Source of the DNA: Moniliella sp. 'wahieum'
Taxonomy: Eukaryota
DNA: 64,000 bases
Assembly: GCA_003971905.1 (NCBI GenBank)
Contig: RSEE01000010.1
Location: 124,001 to 188,000, forward strand
Direction: 5' to 3'
The notes below the pieces were generated by a model, which saw only the letters and a program-made list of their open reading frames with translations, was not told the DNA's origin and searched no databases. Shown piece by piece: positions 41,912 to 55,070 of the stretch. Numbering within the stretch: the stretch's first letter is position 1; each line of letters starts with the position of its first letter. The position numbers and the translations under genes are program-made.

Positions 41912-42725
41912 ATGGTACGCTAACCCCCCCACCCCCCGGCTCCTCGCAAAACTGACATCCACTGCCCCGCAATCTAAGGGAAACGATGGCGGATCGATTG
42001 CGCGGCGAGACGACCTGGTCAAACTGCGTTCCTCGGCGCCCGACGGGGCGGCGGACAAGCACGCGTCGTTGGCGCGGCAACGCTGGGCCGTCTGTGGGCT
42101 GAGCAAGGAGCCGTTGCACCCCCCTGTGGTTGCTGACGAACTGGGGGAATGGTTCAATCTGGATGCGCTGCTTGCCCACCTACTCGCCCGAAAGTCGGCC
42201 GTACCCGCCCAGGACCACCAACCGGACCCGATCCCGTATGTACGCAGTCGAAAAGACGTGACCCAACTCGCGCTCCGGCGTAACCCAGCCGCCGAGGAGA
42301 AGCTTCCTTCGGATCTAGCAGAGGAAGACATTCCTCTCCCATTTGTCTGCCCACTCAGTGGCAAGACTCTCTCAGGGGCACAGCGGTGTGTATTCTTGGC
42401 CTCGTGTGGGTGCTCGTTTGCCGAATCGGCCTTGCGTACCGTCGTGGCTCCGCCCAACAGCCCGTTTCCCACCACAGGGAAGGTGCCTTGCCCAGAATGT
42501 TCCAAACCCTTCTCCCCGCCACCATCCTGGTTCCGCACCGCCCCCACCGCTCCCCCCAACGATTCCATGCCCACTTCTGACGTAGTCCCTCTTCACCCTC
42601 CCGAGGCAGAGCGGGCAGAGCGGATGGAGGCAATGTACGCGCGTCGAAAGGCAGAGAAAAAGTCCAAACGCAAGCATCGCTCCGACGAGGGAGGAGAGAC
42701 GAAACGTTCAAAGCGAAATCGGTGA
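41912..42725 (+). CDS. RTF2: Rtf2 RING-finger protein (ATG-only first coding exon; intron 41915-41978)
   Basis: ATG|GTACGC..CTGAC..TAAG|GGA splices to the conserved start MGNDGGSI. Also 'CGLSKEPL..PVVADELG', 'FVCPLSG', 'CGCSFAESAL', 'CPECSKPF'. Confidence 0.95.
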
Positions 42726-43351
42726 TCCCATGCTCCCCATAATATAAACGACCACGCAATATCCCTCCTTTTCGAGCCGCAGCCTTCCGGGCAATAGCGA
42801 GCCCACATGGTCTGTCGTTCGCGGTACATACATATGACGTCTGCTTGCTTCTTGCGCATCTCCCCAGGCCTTATTTCTGCAAGGGACGGTGGCAGGGGCG
42901 CAAATTGGTGATAGCCAAGGTTAAAGTTGTGGGGCTGAGGAACCCGGCGCAGCCGTGGATTAATAACCACTGGCTGCCAGTCGGAGAAGAAGGGGGCGGG
43001 AATTGAGCGGCAACAGAAGTAACAGGGATGGCGGTGAGACAAACAACGAACGCCCTAGAATCCGTATTGTGTTAAGAGGTGGTGTCTCCCCCTGTGCTCT
43101 GACGCTCCACTCGATCATGCAGTAACCGTCCTCAATCGCACAAGCATCATGCATTATGAGATGGAAAGTTTATGTAGGGTCAGTGTTGGTGGGCCAACGT
43201 TCAACGTTCAACCACCGGTCGGAAGGGAATGTCGACTGCGGGATGTGTGGCTCGCGGATTGGACCAAGGCACGAATAAGGGGCATTTCTTTTCTCTCAAT
43301 ACCCTAGCCCCGATCCTGTCCTCTCTGCATCCATCTCACCTCATCGCCACC

Positions 43352-44217
43352 ATGCCCACCGCCCGTTCTGCCTTGGTCGAAGCAGTGGAGACGGACGATC
43401 GTCGTTCATGGGTTGGCATCACGGGAACCGCGACCGTGTCTGACCTGGAAATGGAGCGGCAAGACGCACTGCTCAACATATGCCAGTTGCAAGCACGGAT
43501 CTACCATTTTTTGCATTGGTTTCAGAAGGGGCTGTTGCGGCGGCTGACTGCACAAATGCAAACACACTGGACTTCGTCTGTGCCACGGCAGTGTGGGAGG
43601 ACGATTGGGAGCGTGCTACCTGGCAATGGCCGGGTGGAGCTGATTGGGCCGTATTGTTGGCTGATGTGGAGAAAAACGAACGAGAGCTGAAAGCGGCACT
43701 GGCACAACGACTGGAAGCAGCCGGCCCCAATGGCGTAGTCACGGGTATCGGCGACATCCTTGCTCGTTATTGGAACGTGGAGGAGGTCCACACCCTCGCT
43801 CAATTGGCGGTTGCAGTCAATTTGACCCAAATGCGCATGGAGCTCGACGAAAAAACGAACCCGGAGCTGGCGCTGTTATTGGACCAAACCGCGGGAGAGG
43901 TGCTCAAGGACGAACACGCTGCGCTTTGGACGAACTTGACGGTAACGGAGATCATTGCGAGCATGAGCTTGGGGGATCATCTCAATGTTCAAAGCTACCT
44001 GGATGCTCTTTATGCGGCGACGGATCTGTTAGCTGCGCAAGAGAGCAACAAGTCCCTTGAAACCGAAAAAGACCAATTGCGAAAGGTGATCGATCTACGA
44101 GGCGTGGCCAGCAGTGGCAGAACCAGTTCCTGGAAGCCATTTTGCCTTTGTCATAAACCGTTAGGGCCCCCTTTTCGACCGCCCCCGCCACCAATAGCCT
44201 CTCAACCATTACTTTAA
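43352..44217 (+). CDS. Hypothetical helical protein resembling a divergent stand-alone DH (RhoGEF) domain
   Basis: 'W..ITGTATVSDLEMERQDALLNI', 'QRLEAAGPNGVVTGIGDIL', 'EKTNPELA' and 'DQLRKVID' recall Rom1/2-type DH helices. One indel near 43500. Confidence 0.5.
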
Positions 44218-44599
44218 GAGAATACTCCCCTCCCGCCTCTCCCTGCTGCTCCCCATTTTCATCATACTCTTCCCCCCACACAAGCGTCATTTATATCAAC
44301 AGCCTGTAGAGAAGACAAGGACGACTATGGTGAGCGACAAATGGGAGAGCCACAGGGGGCAACAACACTATTTCTACAAGCAATCTGTATATGGGCAACG
44401 AAAGAACAAGGAAGTACTAAGTATCGGATTTTAGGGGTAAACGGGGGCTGTGGGCGGGCCAGCGGAGGAAGACTCACGTAGCAATGTGGGCGATCATTGG
44501 CCAACAGGCCAGGAGAGGTTGTACTCCCTTCCAAGTCCCAGGAGAAGTGGTGGTGTCACGGGCGGGCACCCCAAAGGGGCCCGCCCGTTGGGGGTGTAT

Positions 44600-44765
44600 A
44601 CAAAGGTGCCCGCCCGGTGGGGGTTCATATGATCCCTTGGAGATTCTAAGGCCGACTCACGGTAGTTTCGCGTTTGGGCTGTGATTGGTGGGTCCGAGCG
44701 GGGCTAGGGACAAGAAGGGGCCTCTCGGCCTATAGCAGAGGCGGTTGCCAGTGTGGCAAGGCTCG
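44600..44765 (-). repeat. Dispersed repeat, inverted diverged copy of 55522-55680
   Basis: The reverse complement CTTGCCACACTGGCAACCGCCTCTGCTATA..TTGTCCCTAGCCCCGCTCGGACC..CGTGAGTC aligns with 55525 CTTGCCACACTTGCAGCCCCGCCTCTGCTATA..TTGTCCCTAGCCCCGCTCAGACC..CGTGAGTC. Confidence 0.85.
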
Positions 44766-47700
44766 TAGCACCAGCTTGGGCGGCAGTAGCGTGTCTGAAA
44801 CGGGATGGTGAGTGGGCAGCCGAGACCCACACTGCGGGACAGGAGTTGGACTAAGACCGGGCGCCGCGTAGTTGGACACGGGATCACACGCGTTTGAACT
44901 GAAGATGAGCTAGGCTTCGCTTGCGAACTGGGTGGTCTAAGGGACGGAGAGCTGAAGGAGGAAGCTGGAGGAGCACAACTAAGAGGAGGAGTTGCCTGTA
45001 CTGGTTTGATCAATAGGCGTGGAGATTAGGGGGCATGGCCACAATGAGCCGTGGGGGGAACCACGATAACAGATAATGACTAAAAGGGAAACAACGCTGC
45101 GGGGCGATGCGGGAGCAGAGTCGACAAGAGCTACTCCAGAAGCTGAACGCTGCGATGGTCGCCATGTGGTTGAGCACAGCAACCCGCTGAGCCACAATAG
45201 GTTCTCCGCCATTCCATCCACCCCGTGCCTCCGGCTCTCTGACAAACAGGTTCAGGTTAGTCTCCAGCTCCGCACGCTGTGCCCGGCCGGGACAGCATGT
45301 GCAAGTGTGGCGTCATGTCCTCTCGCTGGAGCACTTCATGGCTTGTACTCGCACCCAGGCCAGGTTGGAGCGTTGCATGAGGCAGTGCGGGAGCCCATTC
45401 TCCCGCTCGTGCCCTCCATCCCCGACACCCACGTCCACAAACGAACCTACTGTGGAGGAAGAAGAGAAGATGGGACGAGGCGTGGAAAGAGGGCACAGGG
45501 CACCGACTACCGCGTGATGGCTCCTGGAGCAATTGGAGGATCTGGAATGGAGATGGACCCACGCTGCGCGACACAGGAACGCAGGAGGCGCAGAGCGCGT
45601 ACCGGATGGTGGTGCGTGAGAGGACTGCGAGGCCTTAGAACACGAGAGAAAGAGCTGCTGCTAGAACAAGCAGAATGCGACAAGAACGCCAAGTACCAGG
45701 GACGCACTCAAGAGCTATTTTCCCCCTGGTTTTGACGACGCGAGGATACTACGGCACAAGACAGCGAGCAAGATATTTGCACTTGGAAGGATTTGAGTAC
45801 TAATTTCAATGGAAATGGTTCCTCACTCGATGTCTACCACGTTATCCGTGTCCACACGCTCTACTTCGGGTACGGGACCGGATGGCGAGCACCAGGGGTG
45901 CTGATATTCTGCCGATCCCCCTGGTTCCATAACTCAGTGGTGGCGCTACATGGCGCTACCAAGTAACTCACGCCAAGATGAACGGGTCGGTTTAGGCGGA
46001 GCGTATCCCTGTCCCAGCCTTAAATTCTGTCAATGATATGAATGCAGTAGAGTGTAGATATGGCAACACCCAAAATCATCTTGTGTGTGAGGTGAAAATG
46101 ATCCTGGTCTGTCGCACATACTATATTGGTACAGTCAATTGCCAAAGGCCATGTGCCCACTCTTTTAGACGAATTGGTTCGGCAGTTGGCCTGACCCAAA
46201 TGTCAAATATGATTCTACATGAAAGGAAAACTAGAACCTAAAGGTGGTAGTGGGCAGTCATCTGCTTCAGGTATGCAATCCCACTAAATGAAACCCGGGA
46301 ATATGTCGCGGGAACCGGGGCTGTGCGCGCTATTGAATCATAACCCTGGTTAAGGACAACCAGACAACGACCTCTACGTTTAATATGATTGGAATAAGGA
46401 TGGAATGCACGCAGTCGTTGATATCAATAGCAAATGATGCATGATTAATTACACTACCACAAAGCCCTGAGGTCGGTAACATGGAACTTATACAATCGTG
46501 CTCAGCGATGCATGTTTGCGAGAGCAAGCTGAAAGGAATGGATGGTACTGTTCTACAGAACTTCCTTCTTCTTTCCTCGGAATGATCATTTGCCAACGTG
46601 TGTACGAACTTCGATGGTGCCCTACAACGGGGAATACGAGAAACTCAAACATTGTGAACGATTTGAAATGGCATCGGTTGCGTCATTAAGGGCTCCAGTG
46701 GGAGGCGCAGCAAATAACTGAAAATTGAACTGGCACTGCCGTGAAAAGTTAGGAATTATTCCTAGTAGTGATAAATGCCCGTATATACAACGAGCAGATG
46801 AACTCCCCTATTCCAGGGAAAAGAAAAGGTAAGATCCGACTCAAGATACCGAAGGAGAACCATTTTTTCAGTAACGTTGATATGTGACCGCCGGTCAAAG
46901 TTCTTAACCCCCATGAGATATTATGTGCTGATAATGTCAAACGAAAGCGGGACCGCAGGAGTAAGCCGCACAGGTTTGATTGGACGACACCCTTTAAGCG
47001 AGAGATGGAATACAAAGGTTTGTTAGGCGAGCCAGCAGGGTCATGAGTCATGCACAATGGTTTTTGGTCCCAGCGGTGCATCAGGTTGAATTACCCTATC
47101 CCTCGACCTATGGACAGTGCTGCCTTACCTATCCTGCGCATCTTTTCCCTGTCATTTCTCTTTCTTCCCTACTCGAATTCGCACCTGCATCTCTTGCCCC
47201 TTCTTATATGGGTGAGGGTATACCGTTTCATCGTTGTCCCGTGCACAGTTTCAGGTGAAAACTGTAGCCATCGTTCCTCGTCCATCACTTTTCCGTTCCG
47301 CCTCCTCCACTGTTGGGGCTGGGGTTGAATCATAGCCTATGGACCATCCTGCAGCACCGGCGGAGCTGCACATGCTATTAGCTCTGAATTGCAGAATATT
47401 GTGGGATGCCTCAATCAGTTTTCGGCCCAATTGCCTGCGATTAATATACTATTGACATGATCGCTTGTTCAACTCTTTCATCGCCTACTTGAGTGCTGAC
47501 TCCATACTCCTCGCCTGCACCCGTCTTTTGCCTATCTGTACTAGCCTCAACATACTTAAATGCCGTGCCCGACGCTGTTTTCCCATCCGCTGCAGCTTGG
47601 GCTACCCTCGACGTGTTGTCGCTTTCATGTTATAGCTTCACGGGTACTTGCTTCTTATCCATAGTACACCCCATCTCTCGTTGACAAGCCGCCATTTGAT

Positions 47701-50700
47701 TTGCCGAGGACAGTGTCACCTTGTTGGTGTATATCCTGCAGTCCGTGAATACTCGATTCTATTTGTGAGTGTGTGGTATGAGCCAACGCAAATTCACTCC
47801 AATCTAGGCCCATGACGTCGAATCATGAGATACACATGCTTCCCGTACCCCAGGAGCAACAGGAGAGGCGGCGCTGTGTGTGTGGGCAAAAACCAATCAT
47901 GCCTACTATCATGACATTGTATCGGTGCGGTCGTTGTCATGGTGTACACCAGCTCCAGGAGATGTCAATGTGGAATGTCTGCCACGGTTCAGGTCCCACT
48001 GGTACCAAGCAATTTTGCACTCGTTCCAGGACCCTGCGGACCTTTAATTGTCTCGGGCAGTTTTTCCTTCCTCCTGAGCTCGCATCAGTTTTCTGGATGA
48101 TGCAGTCTTAGAGCCCTGTCGCAAGAGGACTCTGATAATTTAGAATCTAGTTGCTCTGATATGTTGTCAAAACCCCAGGTACACTGCACGACGGATGGTT
48201 TTTAACGTGAAATCAGTCTGAATTCCCCTCTCATCTCCACCTGCTTATTCTGTCCAGTGTTTCCCCATTTTATGACCACACCCCCGCTACCTCTCCTTTC
48301 TTTTTTGCAAACCTTCCCACTCAAATATCAGATATTTCCTGTTTGGATATGTGATTGGTCCCAACAAACCCAGCGAAACACATAGCATTTGTAACACAGC
48401 TGAACATGAAAGAGTTACCTCCCCGCCGCTTTTGTATCTTTGATAATTTCTATTTCACTTGCTTATTCTGATCTTTACCTTGCCCGGATCAACATTTTTC
48501 ATGGAACTCTGCCCTCTCTCTGCCCTTTATCTCCTGGCATTTGAATATCACCACGCATGTTTATACCCGAAGGGCATTGGTGCTGGATGCAGTCTTGGCG
48601 ATTTTCGTGTTGAGTGAGACGCCACCTGTGACCCAGCCCATTCCGCCTCCGGTTTATTCCGGAGTAGATCTTCCCGAGACTTCTGCCCCCAGTAATTCAT
48701 TTCCTTAGTCTATCATCTCCCTCCTCACCGGTAGCAGACCGCTGGGTAGATCTCCTCCGACATTTCGGTCTCGCTCTTCAAACCAACTGCATGTATTGAC
48801 AGCCTGTTAGGATCTTTGCTTGTTACCTTATTTTGCTGCAGACACAAAATCCAGTAAATGATTCGTCCAATGCAGGGGCGTCGTCTATGTTAGTTGTTGT
48901 GGTGTAAAGCGTGTCGGTCCAGAACTTGTCGTAGTTCAAGCAGGCAAATATTTCAATCACATTTCTGTAGTGCATGTCGGCTCTTGCCTTTGCGCATGCC
49001 CGTGAGCCCCACCCGTAGGCACTGGCAGAAAGTGTCAACATGCAAGGTCAATGTATATTAGCAAAAAGGATAGAGTTAGACAGAAGAGGGAAATTACAGC
49101 AAAAGAAATCCTCAAACCCCCATGCTAAGCAGTTTGGGCGGGGGCATGAGACAACAGTTGTGAGCAATGGGTCGTAATACCTCACGTTAAGACGGCGGAG
49201 CCCACCATCCTTATCACCACCGAACCCCTTGTCCCCCTCCCACTTCCTCCGTTTTCTACGGCCCCCATTTGCCACTTCTTGTTCCACGACCCCTCTTCTT
49301 TACTCGAGAACATTATTTCTTCGTTGGCCTTATGGTTAAAGGGAGTGCGGGAGATGTCCTCAATGCGACCATTGGCTTTCTTAACCATTGGCTTTCCCTG
49401 TCAGCACCATGGCCCGAACGTGGAATGTGGACGACAATAAGGCGGGTGCCGTTAACCGTTAACCAAACCATTGCAGGAGCTATTGCGGATGAGCATGACT
49501 AGCATACCTATCTTGAGACGAAGCTTATCAGGAGGGGAACCAGCTGGGGTGGGTTTGTGCAGTCTCGATGGGGAGATTCTGAATGAAAGACACAACTTTG
49601 TCCGGTCGTAGTAGAGAGCACATCTCGTGGGCCTCGTCTGGGAAGAGGTCCGTAGCCGAGTCGTGATGCATGTTCGACGTTAAGCGTGGCGATACCATCC
49701 CAGGCTTTCTGAATGAGGGCGGGTTACCTGTTCCACGGCCCTATTTGCTCATCTCTCTTCCTTGTTTCCATCCATCCCCTTGCTTCCCTTCCCTTACTCC
49801 ACCTCTTCCTAACCCCCCGCCGCTGCCTTTTGCACCATCGCTCCCTTTGCACCACCGTCCCCATTGGCACCAACGCACCTCTTCGAGCCAGTAGTGAAAG
49901 CCTTGACGACGGCAGACAAAGCGTATACATCCACGCTGACACTACCGTTTGCTGTGGCAGGGGGTGGCGCACGGGTAGGATCCACAGTTGATATGCCTGA
50001 ACATTGGCCAACATGCCACGCTGTGATGGCAGCCCTTGTTTGGCAACCCGGACGCTGTGCGCATCCTTTGACTCAGAGATACGCAATAGACACGCAAGTT
50101 GTCGACAGCAACGTTGGAAAGGGGTAGCTTGAACTGCCTTGGAGAGGAGATGCACTGTCACAGAACTGATACTGGAGCCACCAAGCAGCAGAGCCCCGTC
50201 CGCTCTGAAAAAGAAGCGTGTTGTGTAGTCAAAAGGGCTGGGAGGGATAAGAGACTGAGAAAAAGGGGCTTTGTCAGTGACAGGAGCGTTGCAGGAGCAA
50301 AACACATACGCCTGAGCTCGTCTGTAGGAATTTGCTACCAGTGGTAGTAGGCATTGAGCGCGAGTGAACCGTCAGGTGGCAATGGTCGCTCCGCCCGTGA
50401 CGACGGCGGTGTGCTTTGGCATGGTGGTGTATAGGTGACCCAGAAACACTGGACGCGTCGAAGCGGCATGTCATATGCCGGTAGTTGGAGCTGACTTCGT
50501 AAGCCGTTGCACGGACAGAAGCGAGAGCAATATAGAATTGAACGATATAGGGTTCCCATGAAAAGTTGTGGGTCGTGCAACATGGTAGTAGAGACAGTGC
50601 ATAGAAATCATCCCATTTGACGTGTTGCAGCGCGTATTCACGCCTTGGACGGAGCAGTACGTCATACCTCAACCCGGATCTTTGTATTTCAGTAGGATAA

Positions 50701-50929
50701 CGATGATGTCGGTGAAGCTTCACTTCAACAACGGGTAGTACATTTGAGAGATGATCGATACTCGATACTCGATGACTGTGTGTTTCGACATGATATGTGT
50801 GACTGTGATAGAGAGTACTGAAGCTATATGGCTACTAGCCACGCGCCACGCAACGCGCACTCTCAGCTCCTCATCTCTCTCTTACATGCCCCCCCCCCCC
50901 CCCCCCCCACTGTTCAACACCGTCCCCTC

Positions 50930-51089
50930 TGTTAAAACGAGGACAAAGGCCTACGGAGAGAGAAGAGAGAGAGGAGGTGATGGATCTATTCCAAGAGAGG
51001 AGCCCATTAGGGGCAGAACATAGGGGAGAGTCGGATAGAACAGCGCGATGCGTGATGCGTGATCAGCTGCATGCATGATGGCGCCGACA
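50930..51089 (-). repeat. 3' LTR
   Basis: TGTTAAAACG...GCGCCGACA; nearly identical to 61495-61654. Confidence 0.97.
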
Positions 51090-51198
51090 GCCCCACCACG
51101 ACTCGACGCTAGGATCCGACGAGATTGGAAGAGTGACAAATCAAGAGCCAGCTGGCGAGAGGAATCTGAGCCGAAAATGGGCTTGATGCGGGAAGTCT

Positions 51199-52800
51199 CT
51201 ACAGCCCCACCAGGATCCGGCGTGCGAGCGTGAGGTAGCGACCTACACTGGAGCGTTGAACCGTATACGGTAGGAGCTTGGTAAAATCATTCGCGGGGTT
51301 CTCGGTTCCAAGAACCTTGTGCCACAAAATGCGCCCCGAATCGACATGCTCGCGGAACCAATGGTTGCGAATGTCCACATGACGAAGGCGTCCAATGAAA
51401 CCAGGCCGAGAGATAATTGACAGGGCAACAGCCGAGTCGCTATAGAGATCCACCGGACAGTTGGAAGGTACTAGTTGAAGCTCGACCATGAGGTTACGAA
51501 TGCGGAGAGCGTCGCGGGCGCCCTCACTAATAGCCATCATCTCAGCTTCAGCGGGTCGAAATTGCCGTAGTGGTTGCTGGGCGCTGCGCCAGTGCACTAG
51601 GGCGCCAAAAACAAACACAGCGACCCCTGTTACCGACTTGCGTGTGACCCTGTCGCCGCCCCAATCGCTATCGGTAAATACGGCAATAGGAGGTGCCGTT
51701 CGATTGATCCTGAGACGCAGAGACCAATCCAATGTACCACGGAGGTAGCGGAGGACATGTTGTGCGGCGCTGCGGTGTGCAGCAGAGGGATCCTTGTTCC
51801 AACGACTGAGGAGATGTACGACAAATGACAGGTCGGGCCGGCAAGTCTGCGCGGCCCAGCTGAGGCTCTGCACAATCGACATATAGCGCTTATGCTCGGC
51901 GACAGTGACAGGGGCTTCGTCCGTGGACGTGGCGGGAGAGGTGTATCAGGATTGATAGGCAACGAACAGGGTTGCACTCGAGCATGTCGGTGCGGGCGAG
52001 TAAGGCTAACAGAAATGCACGCTGGTCGCAGTCAAAACCATCAGGGCGAGTAACATAGTGCACACCCAGCATCTTACTGAGTAACCTTTGTCGCCAATCT
52101 TGATGTTGAGACCGAGTTCGTCCATGAATGCGTCAAAAGCAGCTTGGGACGGGGCCATGGCCATTCCGTCATCACAGTATATTGCCAGCATGATGGTCGT
52201 ATTCGCTCGTTTGCGTATCCATACGTCCTGTTCTGTTACTGTCGAGCGGAAACCAATATCTCGTAGCTTGCTGACGAGGTGGCGGTGCCACGCAGCGCCG
52301 GAGGCTGCAAGGCCATAGAGGGACTTCTTGAGTCGCCAAACGTTTGCTTTGTCGGTGTGAGAAAACGATCGGGAGGCTTAACGTATACCTCATAGGGAAT
52401 GGGGGCATGGAGATATGCACCCTTGCAGTCAAAATAATATGCCTGGAGGCCTTGCGCTTACCTCCCACGGCTACGGTGCGAAAAGACTGATGTGCTGCGC
52501 CACTCGAGAATGTGAGGGCCTTGGGCAACTCACTTGTATCCTCCTGGTTTCCTTGAACCACAATAGGGCTTTCCGTTTGAGGAACATATTCTCTGGGGTG
52601 ACGCCAACACTGTAGACGGTGCGGGCACCCAAGATCTTCGTTCCGGCCGGAGGGCGTGGCACTTCTTCAAAGGCATCCATGGATCTGAGCCCGTCAAGCT
52701 CAATGTGTTCGGCCTGGCGCCACTGGGGCCACTCAGAGGTGGCCTTTGCTTCACGCTCGGTCCGAGGGGCAAGGGGCACACCGTCAGCAGTGGTGCCGAC
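51199..52800 (-). CDS. Copia RT / RNase H (indel-broken)
   Basis: 'APRTEREAKATSEWPQWRQAEHIELDGL', 'LKKSLYGL' region, 'LAIYCDDG', 'RPDLSFVV', 'FTDSDWGGD..RKSVTG', 'YSDSAVA', 'RHVDIRNHW', 'NPANDFTK'. Confidence 0.93.
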
Positions 52801-53289
52801 GGTCGGGGGACACAGCGGATTTCAAAAAGAGGTAAAAGATATCAGCGATGTCAGGGAGCTGACATCGGCGACGTTTTTGCATGGTTTTGAGGAAAATGAT
52901 GTCAGCGACGGCGCAAACGAGGTCGTTGATATCAATGATGTGCAGCGCGGGGGGCCAACTGCCGGCTACATGTGAAACTTTGCATCGTTTCAAATCGCAC
53001 CCGGCCACACCATTTCGTGTCTTCTAGCAAATGCTACCATCAGAACCACCTAGTCAACACGCGTCCTTCCTATACGCGCTCACGGTAGCTGGCCAACGCA
53101 GGTATTCGATTTCGCGTCGCACGGAAGGGTGTGCTCTACGGGGACATGCGTCTTCAGATTAGCCAGGGGAACATCGGCAATTGGTGGGCCAAGGTCTAGT
53201 CGTCAGGTAAATGGAAGCTCATTTCATGTGGACCAAAAGGCAGGCCATGCAGGACAACATTGTGCCCACTGATAGGGGTTTGGCTCATC

Positions 53290-55070
53290 AGGCGTCCATC
53301 CTGCGGCTAGTTCTGCTTGAGTACAGGGCAGCAGGGACGACTGGTGAAGCCCCGCTGAAGATAGGCTTTTGTTGGTCCTTCACATTGCTTTGACCCCGCA
53401 AACGAAAGTCATGAAAAAGTCTGTTGGGTTCTCCGAGCAAACCGACGAGATCATCGAGAGTCGTTCGTCCTGATAAATCCATAGTCGGACAGGCGCGTTT
53501 GAGAGACGGGTCTGAAACCGAAATCCGTCAAGCGAGACTGTCTCCAAGAGAGGTTAGGCTGTCGTATACGCGGACTTGACACTTCTTCACCATCTCTTCT
53601 TCTTGTTCCATCAGGTCTGTGTTCTCGTGAGCCAACCGTATGACCCATTCCACGTTGGTTCCGACAACAGTAAGGTGTTGGATGAGACCGGAGTTTGGGC
53701 CCCACTGGTCCGTGTAGTATACGTCCTTCATCGCAGTGTTCCGACTCGGCCTGATATTCATTGGACCAGATCAATTGTCGGTGGTCACAGAATGACCCTG
53801 ACCCCGTCGAACGGACCATAGCGAACGACACCAGTTCGACAATGAATACGGCTAACGACAGGTTTTACTTTTGCGGACCGGCATGCCCTTCAACTGTTCC
53901 TTGACGCAAAACTCCACCTTTTGCTTAATGAACGCGGTGTTGCGTGTGCGATCTGTCCCAATGTCCCGGAAGATTGTCATTGGAAGTCTCCGCTCATCAG
54001 CTGGCCGTCTGGCAAATAATAAAGGCGATGTGCAGAGTCACGTCGCGTCGCGCCAGCAGAGGCCCAGGGAAGTACCGATGCCCAGTAGCTCCCGCGATAA
54101 AGGTGACCGGCTAGAGATAAAGGTGACCGTGCCAACATACGCGCTTGTATAGTTAGAGCACAGTCGTCTCGCTTGGCAACACATCGCGAGCCGGATGGTG
54201 AAGTGGGATTCGCGTTAATCCATCCACCCCATCTTGCGGGTGGAGATCATCTGAGACATCACACATAGTCAACGTGGGAACGGTGAAAAGATATTATTTT
54301 CCCACTCCAGCGTGGAATGGTTCCAGCGTGGAACGGTGGATAAGGTGGCGACGCAGCAATAGCTAATCTCATCAGTGACAGGACCAGTTCGGCGAGCTCT
54401 CGCCGCATAGACCTTTTGGTAACCATAACTGGGTGATGTTGATGACGGCAATGAACGGATTCGTAAAGGGTGCGAACATATTGCTATCAATCGGGCCGTG
54501 GTGACGTATTATTGTTTCCGACAGATCCTCAAAATACAGAGATGGAGAGTGCAAAGGAGTGCGTCTTCTTGTGAGGCATCAGACTTGTGTGCGCGCCGAG
54601 TTGATCGCCGCTCTGGCTTGGATCCGGACTGAGGATCCGCTGTCGCTTCGCGTTCGGTAGGCGGGCCAGCCGACTGTGAGCAATGCACGTTTCAGCCATG
54701 TCCTCCATCCAAAAGCGTCTTCCACATCGCCATTTTGCGTGGGAGACCCAGGGGGCCATCCAGAGAAGGGCTGAAGGTGCAATTCAGGGGAGGTCACGTC
54801 TGGTATATTAATGTCAGATGTGGACCGGTAGAGATGGTGGCCAGCGCTCGCCGGTTAGAACCAGCTGAGATCGTACTTGCGCGCCGGGGCGCATGGTGCA
54901 CGAATGATGCCTGCTGCATTAGTGTCCGGTGTTGCAGCTTGGTTATTGGACGCGACCCGGTGTGCCCGGTGTGATCTTGGTGACGTCGGGCGTCCCTGTG
55001 TCGAAAAGCCGAGTACGGGCATAGACCACATCCGGTGCACATCCAATAATCCCTAACAATGCTGGACATG
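53290..55070 (-). pseudogene. Fragmented gene with an N-terminal C2H2-like zinc finger, possibly a CACTA/Tnp2-like transposase remnant
   Basis: 'MSSIVRDYWMCTGCGLCPYSAFRHRDARRHQDHTGH', then 'FAPFTNPF', 'RRELAELVLSLMRL', Cys clusters and 'MKDVYYTDQW..LTVVGTNVEWV'. The transposase resemblance is weak. Confidence 0.35.

Noticed and set aside
4503..44217. Mass pseudogenisation or programmed frameshifting of the gene block
   Set aside because: Single-base indels hit conserved genes (U1-C, CLP1, THOC1, tropomyosin) indiscriminately while their motifs stay intact, which is typical of uncorrected sequencing error.
45290..45360. LINE-type C-terminal zinc knuckle (CKCG..EHFMAC)
   Set aside because: It needs a frameshift, and no RT or RNase H motifs were recognised upstream.
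48820..50720. Minus-strand ORF fragments as one gene
   Set aside because: No recognisable motif or consistent splice structure; left unannotated.
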